Notes: generated from the sequence alone by a model not told the origin. A stretch of DNA of 64,000 nucleotides from Candidatus Kapaibacterium sp. (GCA_035549015.1 DASZRW010000059.1:265-64264), one strand, 5' to 3'; shown: positions 10,744 to 20,177, counted from the first letter of the stretch. Numbers and translations are program-made.

Positions 10744-11799
10744 ATGGAATTGATAGACGTTATCGTCCTCGTCGTCAAGATTCTCATCGTTCTCCACATC
10801 TTCCTGATCGGAGCGGCATATGTGGTGCTTCTGGAGCGGAAAGTCTCCGCATGGATCCAGGACCGCGTAGGCCCGAACCGTGTGGGATGGCGCGGCTCGC
10901 TGCAGTCGTTCGCCGATGTGTTGAAGCTGGTGCTGAAGGAGGATATCGTTCCGGGGCATGCGAACAAGTTCTTCCACTTCCTCGCGCCGGTGATCTCGAT
11001 CGCCATTGCGATCTCCGTCTGGGCGGTGATTCCGTTCTGCTCTCCGTTCACCGTGTTCGGAGTGGAGATCCAGCCCACGATCGCTCCCAATCTCAACATC
11101 GGCATCCTGCTCCTGCTGGCTCTCTCCTCGCTCGGCGTCTACGGCATCACGCTCGCCGGCTGGGCCTCCAACAACAAGTACTCGCTGCTGGGCGGCCTCC
11201 GCTCCTCCGCGCAGATGATCAGCTACGAACTCTCGATGGGGCTCTCGCTGATCGGCATGATGCTGGTGATGGGTTCGGTGAATATCACCACCATCGTCGC
11301 GCAGCAGGGTGGCTACTGGTTCGGCTGGCTTCCGAAGTGGAATATCTTCGTGCAGCCGGTTGGATTTCTGATCTTCCTGGTTGCAGCGTTCGCCGAGACG
11401 AATCGCGCGCCGTTCGATCTTGCGGAGGCGGAGCCGGAACTGGTTGGCGGCTTCCATACGGAGTACACCGGATTGAAGTTCGGCCTCTTCTTCCTCGCCG
11501 AATACGGCAACGTTATCCTGATGTCGGCGTTGATGACCACGCTCTTCTTCGGCGGATATCATCTGCCGTGGGTGGAGGATCTGCCGTTCTTCAAGGACCA
11601 CACCGGTCTGCTTGCGCTGGCACAGTTCGGAGCGCTCTTCGTGAAGGCGCTCTTCTGGATCTTCTTCTTCGTCTGGGTTCGCTGGTCGATTCCGCGCTTC
11701 CGCTACGACCAGCTCATGAACCTCGGCTGGCGGGTGATGTTCCCGCTTGCGCTGCTGAACACCGTGATCACGGCCATCGTGCTCGCGGCGATGAAGTAG
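10744..11799 (+). CDS. nuoH: NADH-quinone oxidoreductase subunit H
   Basis: Highly conserved NuoH/ND1 motifs: LLERKVSAWIQDRVGPNRVG, ETNRAPFDLAEAE, and the GGF.TEYTGLKF-type segment. Confidence 0.95.
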   Translation: MELIDVIVLVVKILIVLHIFLIGAAYVVLLERKVSAWIQDRVGPNRVGWRGSLQSFADVLKLVLKEDIVPGHANKFFHFLAPVISIAIAISVWAVIPFCSPFTVFGVEIQPTIAPNLNIGILLLLALSSLGVYGITLAGWASNNKYSLLGGLRSSAQMISYELSMGLSLIGMMLVMGSVNITTIVAQQGGYWFGWLPKWNIFVQPVGFLIFLVAAFAETNRAPFDLAEAEPELVGGFHTEYTGLKFGLFFLAEYGNVILMSALMTTLFFGGYHLPWVEDLPFFKDHTGLLALAQFGALFVKALFWIFFFVWVRWSIPRFRYDQLMNLGWRVMFPLALLNTVITAIVLAAMK

Positions 11800-11850
11800 G
11801 TGCGCCAACGGCGCGGAACCAATTCCCGGAACAACGTTTTTGCTCGATAC

Positions 11851-12357
11851 ATGGCTACCAAAACCGTAATCGCCTCCTCCACGAAGAGGATGACATTCTG
11901 GGAGAAGCTCTACCTCCCGGAGATCGCCAAAGGCATGGGCCTTACGCTGAAGCAGATGTTTCAGCCGAAGTTCACCCGCGAATACCCCGAGGAACGCTAC
12001 GAGCCGGCCGCCAGCTATCGCGGCCGCCCGGTGCTGGTGCAGGAGGACTACGGCGAGCGGTGCGTTGCGTGCGGGCTCTGCTCGCGCGTGTGCCCCGCCA
12101 TCGCCATCGAGGTGCAGGCTGCCGAGACTGAGCAGGAGAAGGAGCGCTATCCCTCGCTCTTCGAAATCAACATGCTCCGCTGCATCTTCTGCGCCTTCTG
12201 TGAGGAGGCCTGTCCCGAGGAGGCGATCGTGATGTCCAAGGACTACGAGCTCACCTTCCGGCGGCCTGAGGATGCAATCTTCGGCAAGGACAGGCTGCTT
12301 GTTCCCGTTGCGAAACTGCAGGACCGCCTGGAATACCTGCGGCTGTACAAGGGATAA
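11851..12357 (+). CDS. nuoI: NADH-quinone oxidoreductase subunit I
   Basis: Two 4Fe-4S ferredoxin motifs, [12 protein letters not shown] and [12 protein letters not shown]. The start is set at MATKTV. Confidence 0.9.
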   Translation: MATKTVIASSTKRMTFWEKLYLPEIAKGMGLTLKQMFQPKFTREYPEERYEPAASYRGRPVLVQEDYGERCVACGLCSRVCPAIAIEVQAAETEQEKERYPSLFEINMLRCIFCAFCEEACPEEAIVMSKDYELTFRRPEDAIFGKDRLLVPVAKLQDRLEYLRLYKG

Positions 12358-12580
12358 CCGTTCGCTTCCGGCAGGCGCTTGAGCAATCGTTCACGCACGC
12401 TGTGCAACGCGTTGGCCGATGCATGAATGAAACGATGCAACGGGGCATGCCCCGGCACCTCGAGGGCTCCGAATGTTCGGGGCCTTCGTTGTTCGTGGTG
12501 ATGGATTCGGGACCCGATCGGGTGGATGATACGTGCGGTGCCTCCCGCGCCGTTGAGGCCATGAACAAGCATATGATGCC

Positions 12581-13516
12581 ATGCTTACAACCGAACAGAT
12601 CGATGGAGCGATTGTCGGGCTCCTTGTGGGGGATGCGCTCGGCGTTCCATACGAATTCCATCCGCCCGGGAGGATTCCAAGCCAGCATCTGATCGAGTTT
12701 GCACCTCCTGCCGGCTTCTTCCGTTCACACTCCGGTGTTCCAATCGGAACCTGGTCCGACGATGGTGCGCTCGCACTCTGCCTGCTTGCCTCGCTCGTGG
12801 AATGCAACGAACTGAACGTGGATGACCTTGCGTTGCGGATGACACGCTGGTTGAACAGCGGATACATGGCCGTGCGCAACCAGGTGTTCGATGTAGGAAT
12901 CGTGACGGCTGAGGCGATCGAGAGCTTGGATGCCGGTGCCGATCCGGTGCGCGCCGGCAGAACCGATGTGATGAGCAACGGGAATGGTTCGTTGATGCGT
13001 GTGCTTCCGCTTGCGCTGTGGCACCGGGGAAGCGATGCGGAGCTTGCGCGCGACGCGGAGCTGCAGTCTCGTCTTACGCATGGGCATCGCCGGGCACGCC
13101 TCTGCTGCGCACTCTATGTGCTCTGGGCCCGCCGCACGGCAGCCGGCGCTGCCGATCCGTGGTTCGATGCCGCCGATACGTTGATGGAGATCCATGCGGA
13201 TGATCCCGAGGCGCTCGAGGAACTGGAGGATGCGATTCGTCCGTACGAGGAGCGTGCAGTCAACGGCAGCGGCTACGTTGTCGATGCGCTGCACTCGGCA
13301 CGGTGGGCCGTTGAACAGGGGCCGTACGAGGTTGTGGTGAAGGCGGCGGTCTCGCTCGGGAACGACACGGATACAACGGCGTGCATTGCCGGCGGCATCG
13401 CCGGTCTGCGCGACGGCATCGATGCGATACCGTCACGCTGGAGGAATGCATTGCGCGGCCGCGAGATACTGGACCCGCTGCTCGAGGCATTCCATGCACA
13501 ACGATCGGCCGTGTGA
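12581..13516 (+). CDS. ADP-ribosylglycohydrolase family protein
   Basis: GAIVGLLVGDALGVPYEF at the N-terminus and NGSLMR...GNDTDTTACIAGGIAG at the C-terminus match the ARH/DraG family signature. Confidence 0.8.
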   Translation: MLTTEQIDGAIVGLLVGDALGVPYEFHPPGRIPSQHLIEFAPPAGFFRSHSGVPIGTWSDDGALALCLLASLVECNELNVDDLALRMTRWLNSGYMAVRNQVFDVGIVTAEAIESLDAGADPVRAGRTDVMSNGNGSLMRVLPLALWHRGSDAELARDAELQSRLTHGHRRARLCCALYVLWARRTAAGAADPWFDAADTLMEIHADDPEALEELEDAIRPYEERAVNGSGYVVDALHSARWAVEQGPYEVVVKAAVSLGNDTDTTACIAGGIAGLRDGIDAIPSRWRNALRGREILDPLLEAFHAQRSAV

Positions 13517-13635
13517 TTGCCCTGCAGATACTGTCGCTCCGTGCATGGCACAGACGGCCGCAGGGTGCACCATTGCCGGCGGGCCCGTACCACCGTCGTT
13601 GACGGTCTGCGGCATGGCCGCAATTCAACAGGCCC

Positions 13636-15324
13636 CTACAGCCCCGCGAGAAACGTCCCCAGATTTGCTCCGGTGTCCAGCTCCAGCTTCTTCCGGATGT
13701 TGTACTTGTGTGCGTGGATGGTGCGGATGGAGGTGTAGAGCAGATTGGCGATATCCTTCGTGGAGAGGTCAATCCGCACGAGCGAGCAGACCCGGATCTC
13801 CGTTGGCGTGAGCGAGGGATAGCGTTCCGCCAGCGTGTGCACGAAGTCGTGATGCAGCGTGCCGAGCTGCTCCTCGAAGCGCTTCCAGTCCTCGTCACCG
13901 TGCTTGGCGCTCTCGATCTTCGAGAGCATTTCGTTGATCGTGGCGCGTTCATGCTGCCCGCCTCCCAACAGCCCGGACACCTGCGCCTTCATCTCATCGA
14001 TCAGCTCCTTCTTCTGCACCAGGTTCAACGCCATCGCCGTGAGCTCGTTCTGCTTCAGCCGCATCTCCGCCTCCAACTGTGCCGTTCGCAGGCGATACAG
14101 CTCGCGCTCGCGTTCGGCCTTCTCCAGGTCGAAGCGAACCTGAATCTCCGCCAGCGCCTTCTGCCGTTCCTCCCCTGCGATCTCCTCGCGCAGGCGTGCA
14201 TGGCGTTTGAAGTGAACGAGCGCGCGGGTGGGGTCGCCAAGCGATTCGTACGTGCCGGCGATCGCGTGGTGCAACTCGTGCTGCAGATGTGGCTGGTCCA
14301 GTTCGTGCGCGATGCGCAGCGCCTGATCGAACACGAAGAGCGCCTCCTCGTGTGCACCGAGACGTGAACGGATGCCGCCGATCGCGAGCAGCGCGCGGGC
14401 CCGGAGCGCATCGTCCGATCCCGAGTCCAGCAATGCGTACGCGCGAACCGCAAACCCGAGCGCGATATCGTCGTGCCGCAGCTCGCTCTGGATGCCGGCA
14501 ATGGCCATCAACGCGCGCGCCACATTCTCCGGATCGCCCAGCGCCTCGTAGATCGCTATCGAGCGCAGCGCGTGCTCCATCGCCGTCTCCAGGTTGCCGG
14601 CCGCATGGTACAGGTCGCCGAGCGCCGTGAGCGCGCGCACCTCCTGATAGCGGTTGCCGCTCTCGCGGAACGCCGCGATGCTTCGGTTGAGACAGTCGAA
14701 CGCGGCATCGCGATTCCCCACGCGGCGATACAGCGTCCCAACCGCAAGGAGTGCCGCACCGGCTCCATCCAGATCGCCCAGCCCCTCGCGGATTGCAAGC
14801 GCTTCGAGTTGCAGATCGAGCGCGAGCGGGAAGTCCCCGATATCGGCGCGCATGGTTCCAAGCGCTGCAAGCACGGCGCTCTCATGCGCGGCAAGGCCGT
14901 GCTGCCGTGCAGCCGCATGTGCCGATCGATACCACCCCAGTGCCTGCTGCGGATCGCCTGCAGCGGCGAACGCGTCGCCAAGCATGGTGGCGGTGGCAAC
15001 CTCCCCGGCATGATCGCCAAGCTCGCCGAACATCTCGTGTGCCTCACCGAGATGCCGTACCCCGTCCGCATGACGGCCGGACGCGATTGCGCATCGCCCC
15101 TGCCAGCGCGTGAGCTCCGCAAGCGCCTCGGCATCGCGAAGCTCCGTTGCCAGCCGTACGCCGTTCCCGGCAAGCCCGAGGGCGTAGTCCGGATCGTGCG
15201 CGGCCGCCTCCGCAATCGAGCCGCGTATCGTCTCCAGGCGCCGCGCGGAATCGCGCGCCATCCGCAGGCGCTGCTCGATTGCACCAACTACCTCGTGTTG
15301 CGATGTGCTGATACCTGCCCTCAT
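13636..15324 (-). CDS. TPR-repeat transcriptional regulator with C-terminal LuxR-type HTH (paralog 1)
   Basis: Multiple TPR-like repeats, a central coiled coil, and a C-terminal LuxR/GerE HTH (LTPTEIRVCSLVRIDLSTKDIANLLYTSIRTIHAHKYNIRKKL). Confidence 0.85.
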   Translation of the reverse strand: MRAGISTSQHEVVGAIEQRLRMARDSARRLETIRGSIAEAAAHDPDYALGLAGNGVRLATELRDAEALAELTRWQGRCAIASGRHADGVRHLGEAHEMFGELGDHAGEVATATMLGDAFAAAGDPQQALGWYRSAHAAARQHGLAAHESAVLAALGTMRADIGDFPLALDLQLEALAIREGLGDLDGAGAALLAVGTLYRRVGNRDAAFDCLNRSIAAFRESGNRYQEVRALTALGDLYHAAGNLETAMEHALRSIAIYEALGDPENVARALMAIAGIQSELRHDDIALGFAVRAYALLDSGSDDALRARALLAIGGIRSRLGAHEEALFVFDQALRIAHELDQPHLQHELHHAIAGTYESLGDPTRALVHFKRHARLREEIAGEERQKALAEIQVRFDLEKAERERELYRLRTAQLEAEMRLKQNELTAMALNLVQKKELIDEMKAQVSGLLGGGQHERATINEMLSKIESAKHGDEDWKRFEEQLGTLHHDFVHTLAERYPSLTPTEIRVCSLVRIDLSTKDIANLLYTSIRTIHAHKYNIRKKLELDTGANLGTFLAGL

Positions 15325-15390
15325 TGCTCTCTGAATGGAATGGCATAATATACGGCCCCTCTGTATCCAGCCTCTCCCTCAACAACCAGG

Positions 15391-15825
15391 ATGAATGCCA
15401 TGGACGAAAGCATCGCAGTTGGAACCACGTCGCCAACCATTATCGTTCCGGTTCCCTCGGGGAGCGAGATATTCGTCTATACCCGCTTCGTGGGCACGGG
15501 TGCGAAGTCCGTGACGATCACGCCCGACACGCAGCCCCCCATGGTTGTCTCGAACTGTCCGGAGAACATCACTTCCAACACGTACTCCTTCCGGAACAAC
15601 TCCTCCTCCTCGATCAATATCACCATCGCGTCCGTTGGCTATCTGGTGCCGTGCGGCCAGGCGCCCATGGCACAGGCGTCCATGACGCCGATCGCCGCTT
15701 CATGGTGCAGCCAGGACGGCAAGGTGGGCAACACCCTCTACGGCATCGGGCCGTCGCCGTACCAGGATACGATCGGGATTACCGTGGTGGTGCAGATCGG
15801 CGTCCCCATCAACGCCGTTCCGTAA
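15391..15825 (+). CDS. Small protein, member of a 5-copy paralogous family (S1)
   Basis: 144 aa, divergent from regulator paralog 1. C-terminal motif IGITVVVQIG is shared with four other small proteins in the window. Confidence 0.55.
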   Translation: MNAMDESIAVGTTSPTIIVPVPSGSEIFVYTRFVGTGAKSVTITPDTQPPMVVSNCPENITSNTYSFRNNSSSSINITIASVGYLVPCGQAPMAQASMTPIAASWCSQDGKVGNTLYGIGPSPYQDTIGITVVVQIGVPINAVP

Positions 15826-15923
15826 TAGACATTCGAGCACCATCCTCGATGCCGGTGCATCGGTATCCGTGCACTCTTCTACGTCTTCCGGCAGGGTGTG
15901 TCAGCCGTCGTGACACTCTGAAT

Positions 15924-18866
15924 TCAGGCTGTCCGTACGGTTTCGGCATTGATGCTCCGAAGCCGAAGAACGTCGTTGTGGTTGGCGCCAAGAGTCTGCT
16001 CCATCATCCGGATGGCCTGCTGCATGAGTGACTCGCCGGCCGCCGCATCACCGGCGGCATGCAGTGTCCATCCCAGGCGAAAGGTGCTGTTGATCGTTTC
16101 AACATTGTCGTCTCCAAGCGCGTAGCGTCGTATCTGCAGCGCACGCCGAAAGAGCGTAATCGCCTCCGGCATTTCATCGCGGCCTCGCATGACTCCGGCG
16201 AGATTCGTCACTGCCACTGCCACCATCGGATGATTCGGGCCCAGCGTTCGTTCGTAGATGCCGATCGCCTCGCGATACAGGCGGTCGGCATCCTCCGTGA
16301 TGCCCTGGCTGTGAAGCGCGAACGCCATGTTCGTGATGTTCGATGCCGCCTCCGGATGCTCCGCTCCCAGCGTTGCCCGGTTCAGTTCGAGTGCCTGCGA
16401 GAAGAATGCATGGGCCGCCTGGTGCTCGCCGGTTGCCGTCCGGACCGCGCCGAGCGTGTTGAAGACCATCGCCATGAGCAGCGGTTCCCGCGCAACATGT
16501 GCGTTGCAGAGCGCCAGTGCCTGCTGCAGTTCCTCCTCCGCCTCGGCGAAACGTCCCACGGCATAGAGCAGGGCGCCGAGATCCGCCATGTTGCGCGCCA
16601 CGTCGGGATGATACTCCCCGAGCGAGCGGCGGCGAACCGCGAGGGCGCGCCGCGATGACTCGATCGCCTCGTCGCTGCGGAAGACGTGATACAGGAGGGT
16701 GACAAGCGTATCGAGCGCCCCCGTCATCTCCAGCGTATCGCCCTGCCCATCGCCGGCGCGCATCCGCAGCGAGCGGCGGCAGAGCGCCTCGGCATCGGCA
16801 TAGCGTCCGGCCTCGAAGAGAAATCGTGCGATGGCATCGAGCGTGGCGGGAAGCGCCGACGGATCGGCCGTGCGCTCGTATTCCTTCAGACTCTGTGCGT
16901 ACGCAGGGCCCATCTCCACACGCTCGCCGATCTCCAGCCAGTAGTCGAGAAGATCGTACCCCCCGTCTGCGCCGAGAAGCGTTGTGGCGATCGGAATCGA
17001 TTCGATGCAGGCGGCAAGCTCCTCCCGGCGCCCGGCCTGCAGCCACTGCCACGGCTCCTCGAACGCCCGGCGTGCGGATACCGGTTGCGACCGGAAGAAT
17101 GTTGCAATGCGCACGTGCACATCGCCGGCCGCGTTGCCATTCTCCGCCGCCAGATATCGCGCCGCCACGGCATCGCGCAGATAGTCGTGGTAGAAGGTGA
17201 GAAGATTGTCGCGCTGAATCAGATGATGATCCATCGCCGTGAGCAGGAGATCGAGCCGGCCGGCATCGGCGCCGGTGATCGCGTGCAGCTCGGCGCGGCC
17301 CAGCCCCTGGCGCGACGCCCTGATAAGCGTGGCGACGTCGCGAACAAGCGCCTCGCCGTGCTCCGCTTCCAGACGGCGCAGCACACGGTCGAACAACTCC
17401 GTGAGATTGTGCGCCTCCAGATAGTACTCGATGCGATCGTTCACCTCGGCGCTCGTGCGGGCGCGCCGCATCTCCTCCGCGCCGGTGCGGAGGAAGAGTG
17501 GCGTGGCGCCCGCGCTGCTCTCGGAGAGCCTCGTGAGCTGCGTGCCGGAGATGGTGCCGCCGAACTCCTCGATGTAGCCGCGCAGCACCTCACGCCGTTC
17601 GCGCAGCGTGAGCGGGCGTACATCCAGCTCCGGCCATCCGCGAGCGCGCAGCCGCGCAAGGCTTTCGCCTCCGGTGGTGGAAACGATCAACCGCACCTTC
17701 GGCTGAAGATATTCGGGCAGCCAGCCCAGCGACTGCGACTCCAGGTCCAACTGGTTCAATGCATCGATGGCAAGCACAAGCTCCTCGTTCTGCACGTTGG
17801 CCAGCCAGACCGGAAACGCCTCCTCGATCTCCGCGCTTCGTTCCGGCAACGCCGTCTCCAGCGCGTACCGTTGCCGGATCTCCTCCATCACGCGCCGCAT
17901 GAGCGCATGATGGCTGCCGCCCCCCGTTCCGCAGCCAACGTAATGTTCGATCACGAACGCGTCCGGATGGCGCTCGCGGTAGCGGCTGCACCAGTGTGCG
18001 ATCAGCGCGCTCTTCCCTCCTCCTGAAACCCCGGTGATCACCATGCCCGGATTGCCGCCGGCCTCTCCGCTCCCTTCCCGGTGCGCCTTCCCCTGCTCCT
18101 CCAGATGCCGGTTGAGGCGTGCCACATAGTCATCCACATCCAGATAACTCCGGCGCCGCGTGAGTGCGTAGGCCTGGTGCGCTCGACGCTCCGCTTCGAT
18201 TGTTCCGGTACTCTCCATCGATGAGAGCGATGCCTCGATCACCCCCATGAGATCGTTCTGTATCCACCGCGCAAGCACTTCCGGTTCGGCGGCCCGCTCC
18301 CGTACGGGGAATCCGCTCCTCCTGATGCGTGCCTTCAATGCGGCAAGGCGTTCGGCGCCCGTCCCGCTTCCGGCGTCGAACCCCTCTGCGTCAGCCGCGC
18401 GTTCCGTATTCGCGCCGATCCCCTCCTCATCCTCCACGATGTAGAAGAATGCCCGCGACTCCATGGGCGGATGTCGAAGCGCGCCTTCGATCATCAACAT
18501 CTCGAGCAGCCCCATCCCTTCCTGCAGCGCTCCGTGCAGCCACGGGTGGCGGAGAAGCAGGCCGGTATTCTCCACGTCCGCATGTGTGGGAACCCATCCG
18601 TACGATCTCCCGGCAAGCCCGAGCAGGATGGGCCGTTCCCGCTGCAGCAGATCGAGCGCGAGTGCCAGGCGTCCCCCGTGCGGCATACCGGCCCGCGATG
18701 CCGGGCTGCAGGGATCGATCACCACGAGTTGTGCCTCCCGCTCGCGGCAGATCCGTTGGAGTTCCGGAAATGTCTGCGTGAGAAGATGGTCCGGAAGCGG
18801 ACCGGCTTCATCGCCGGAGCGGGCGAGAACGATCGTGATGGTTGGATGGGCACCGGTTGGTTGCAT
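15924..18866 (-). CDS. STAND NTPase (NB-ARC-like) with C-terminal TPR repeats (paralog 1)
   Basis: Walker A GVSGGGKSAL and Walker B LVLAIDALNQLD. The IVSTTG and GATPLFL (GxPL) motifs are typical of AP-ATPase/NB-ARC. The C-terminal repeats are TPR_12-like. The start is inferred at MQPTGAHP. Confidence 0.85.
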   Translation of the reverse strand: MQPTGAHPTITIVLARSGDEAGPLPDHLLTQTFPELQRICREREAQLVVIDPCSPASRAGMPHGGRLALALDLLQRERPILLGLAGRSYGWVPTHADVENTGLLLRHPWLHGALQEGMGLLEMLMIEGALRHPPMESRAFFYIVEDEEGIGANTERAADAEGFDAGSGTGAERLAALKARIRRSGFPVRERAAEPEVLARWIQNDLMGVIEASLSSMESTGTIEAERRAHQAYALTRRRSYLDVDDYVARLNRHLEEQGKAHREGSGEAGGNPGMVITGVSGGGKSALIAHWCSRYRERHPDAFVIEHYVGCGTGGGSHHALMRRVMEEIRQRYALETALPERSAEIEEAFPVWLANVQNEELVLAIDALNQLDLESQSLGWLPEYLQPKVRLIVSTTGGESLARLRARGWPELDVRPLTLRERREVLRGYIEEFGGTISGTQLTRLSESSAGATPLFLRTGAEEMRRARTSAEVNDRIEYYLEAHNLTELFDRVLRRLEAEHGEALVRDVATLIRASRQGLGRAELHAITGADAGRLDLLLTAMDHHLIQRDNLLTFYHDYLRDAVAARYLAAENGNAAGDVHVRIATFFRSQPVSARRAFEEPWQWLQAGRREELAACIESIPIATTLLGADGGYDLLDYWLEIGERVEMGPAYAQSLKEYERTADPSALPATLDAIARFLFEAGRYADAEALCRRSLRMRAGDGQGDTLEMTGALDTLVTLLYHVFRSDEAIESSRRALAVRRRSLGEYHPDVARNMADLGALLYAVGRFAEAEEELQQALALCNAHVAREPLLMAMVFNTLGAVRTATGEHQAAHAFFSQALELNRATLGAEHPEAASNITNMAFALHSQGITEDADRLYREAIGIYERTLGPNHPMVAVAVTNLAGVMRGRDEMPEAITLFRRALQIRRYALGDDNVETINSTFRLGWTLHAAGDAAAGESLMQQAIRMMEQTLGANHNDVLRLRSINAETVRTA

Positions 18867-19235
18867 GTGTCGGAGCGCGGACTCTCGGGGAAATTGACGA
18901 CGGTTCGGCGAACGTGGGAGGGAACGGAATGTCCGGTGGGCCGGGTGTTCCGCTGCGAACTTATGGGAAATGTGCGCGTTGTACCAGAGTCCGGGAAGGG
19001 GACGGCGCCGCAAAGCCGTTGCACCCGGATGTGATCATATGCCATCCCGGCGATGCTACCAACCTTTCACAGAGAGGCGGCGGTTTTTTTGGCTGGTATT
19101 CCAGCCGGATAGCAGGGGCAGAAGTCCCCACGCGAGGCGATTGCGGCGGCGGCATTCATCCGGATTGCGCCGCCGGAGTCACGGAGATGGAGCGATGCGG
19201 GGAACACGGTCATCGATTCAATTGTCGATCCCATT

Positions 19236-19502
19236 GTGATGATTACTCCGTCTGAAGAAATCGCCGGCAACGGGACGCCGCGCCCTGATCCGGCATCGAC
19301 GCTCGGTGAACTCACCGCGCTCCGCGCATCGATGGCGCTGGCGATGAAGACGTTGATGGAGGTTGGCTACTCGGACTTCTTCAACACGCCGTCCCGTCTG
19401 AAGAAATCGGAGGATACGCTCTACCTCATGTATCTCGCCGTGCGTTCGCCGATCGCCGCCGATCTCTGGAACCACGACGGCAGCGTGCGCTGCATCTCGT
19501 GA
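19236..19502 (+). CDS. Possible small protein (88 aa), unknown
   Basis: The ORF has strong GC3 bias and sits in an otherwise empty 0.6 kb gap. No homology recognised. Confidence 0.3.
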   Translation: MMITPSEEIAGNGTPRPDPASTLGELTALRASMALAMKTLMEVGYSDFFNTPSRLKKSEDTLYLMYLAVRSPIAADLWNHDGSVRCIS

Positions 19503-19603
19503 CGCCGGTCACGGCGCCGGAACGTACGCGGGCCGGACAACCACTCGATGGCGGTGCCCGGCCCTGCGTTGCTGCATGCGCCTCGCGTTGTGATGTGAAG
19601 CTT

Positions 19604-19852
19604 CTATTTGAAGTCGCTCGTGGCTCCGGCGTGAACGCACTTCACGCCGGGGAACTCATAGGTTTTGCCATCGCCATCGAACACCCCATTGATGTTGTAG
19701 AACTGGTCCACCGTTGGAAGGTCGCCGGAGTCGAATGTTCCGGCCGAGAAGACGCCGAAGGAACTGTACGTTCCGGTTCCCTTCACAAGCCTGCCCGATC
19801 CCTGGATCGGGTTGACGTAGACGTTCGAGTAATGGCCTTCGGGATTTGGCAT
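19604..19852 (-). CDS. 82-aa conserved small protein (copy 1)
   Basis: Near-identical paralog of 31038..31286 (shared GVFSAG...DLPTV...GVFDGDGKTYEFPGV...SDFK). It lies directly upstream of STAND paralog 1 and is followed by a GC hairpin. Confidence 0.6.
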   Translation of the reverse strand: MPNPEGHYSNVYVNPIQGSGRLVKGTGTYSSFGVFSAGTFDSGDLPTVDQFYNINGVFDGDGKTYEFPGVKCVHAGATSDFK

Positions 19853-19961
19853 GGGTTGAATCTCCGTGGTTGGATTGGTTCGTGATCTGTTCTTCGATCG
19901 ATGTTCCGAACGGCGTGCCGCGTGGGAGGACCCTTCGCGACACGGCGCATCGGTTCCGTTG

Positions 19962-20177
19962 CTACAGGCATTCCTTGATGCAGGTGAATGCGGCGGGGCC
20001 GGCGCAGAGAAGCCAGCACGCCGGATTCGGGCCGCACAGCACGCAGCCCAGGGCGGCGGCGCCGCATTTCAGGATGCAGCTCAGGTCCAGCATCGGTGCG
20101 ATTTCCTCGCGCCGGTTCTGTGTGATGCGTGACGATCGGTCGATACTGTTGCCGGCAGAGAGCTTCGGAATCTTCAT
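19962..20177 (-). CDS. Cys-rich precursor-like peptide 1 (71 aa)
   Basis: AAGGAG RBS 7-8 nt upstream of the ATG. The N-terminal ~33 aa are hydrophilic (MKIPKLSAGNSIDRSSRITQNRREEIAPMLDLS). The C-terminal 38 aa are hydrophobic with 8 Cys: CILKCGAAALGCVLCGPNPACWLLCAGPAAFTCIKECL. Confidence 0.65.
   Translation of the reverse strand: MKIPKLSAGNSIDRSSRITQNRREEIAPMLDLSCILKCGAAALGCVLCGPNPACWLLCAGPAAFTCIKECL

Noticed and set aside
10738-11808. 356-aa ORF antisense to nuoH.
   Set aside because: nuoH is unambiguous. The antisense product is charged low-complexity sequence (HRREHDGRDH...).
18867-19235. A third copy of the conserved STAND promoter/leader element upstream of paralog 1.
   Set aside because: Only weak, patchy similarity (gcgttgt...agag) was seen. 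No TTGACA-17-TACTTTTG arrangement was found.
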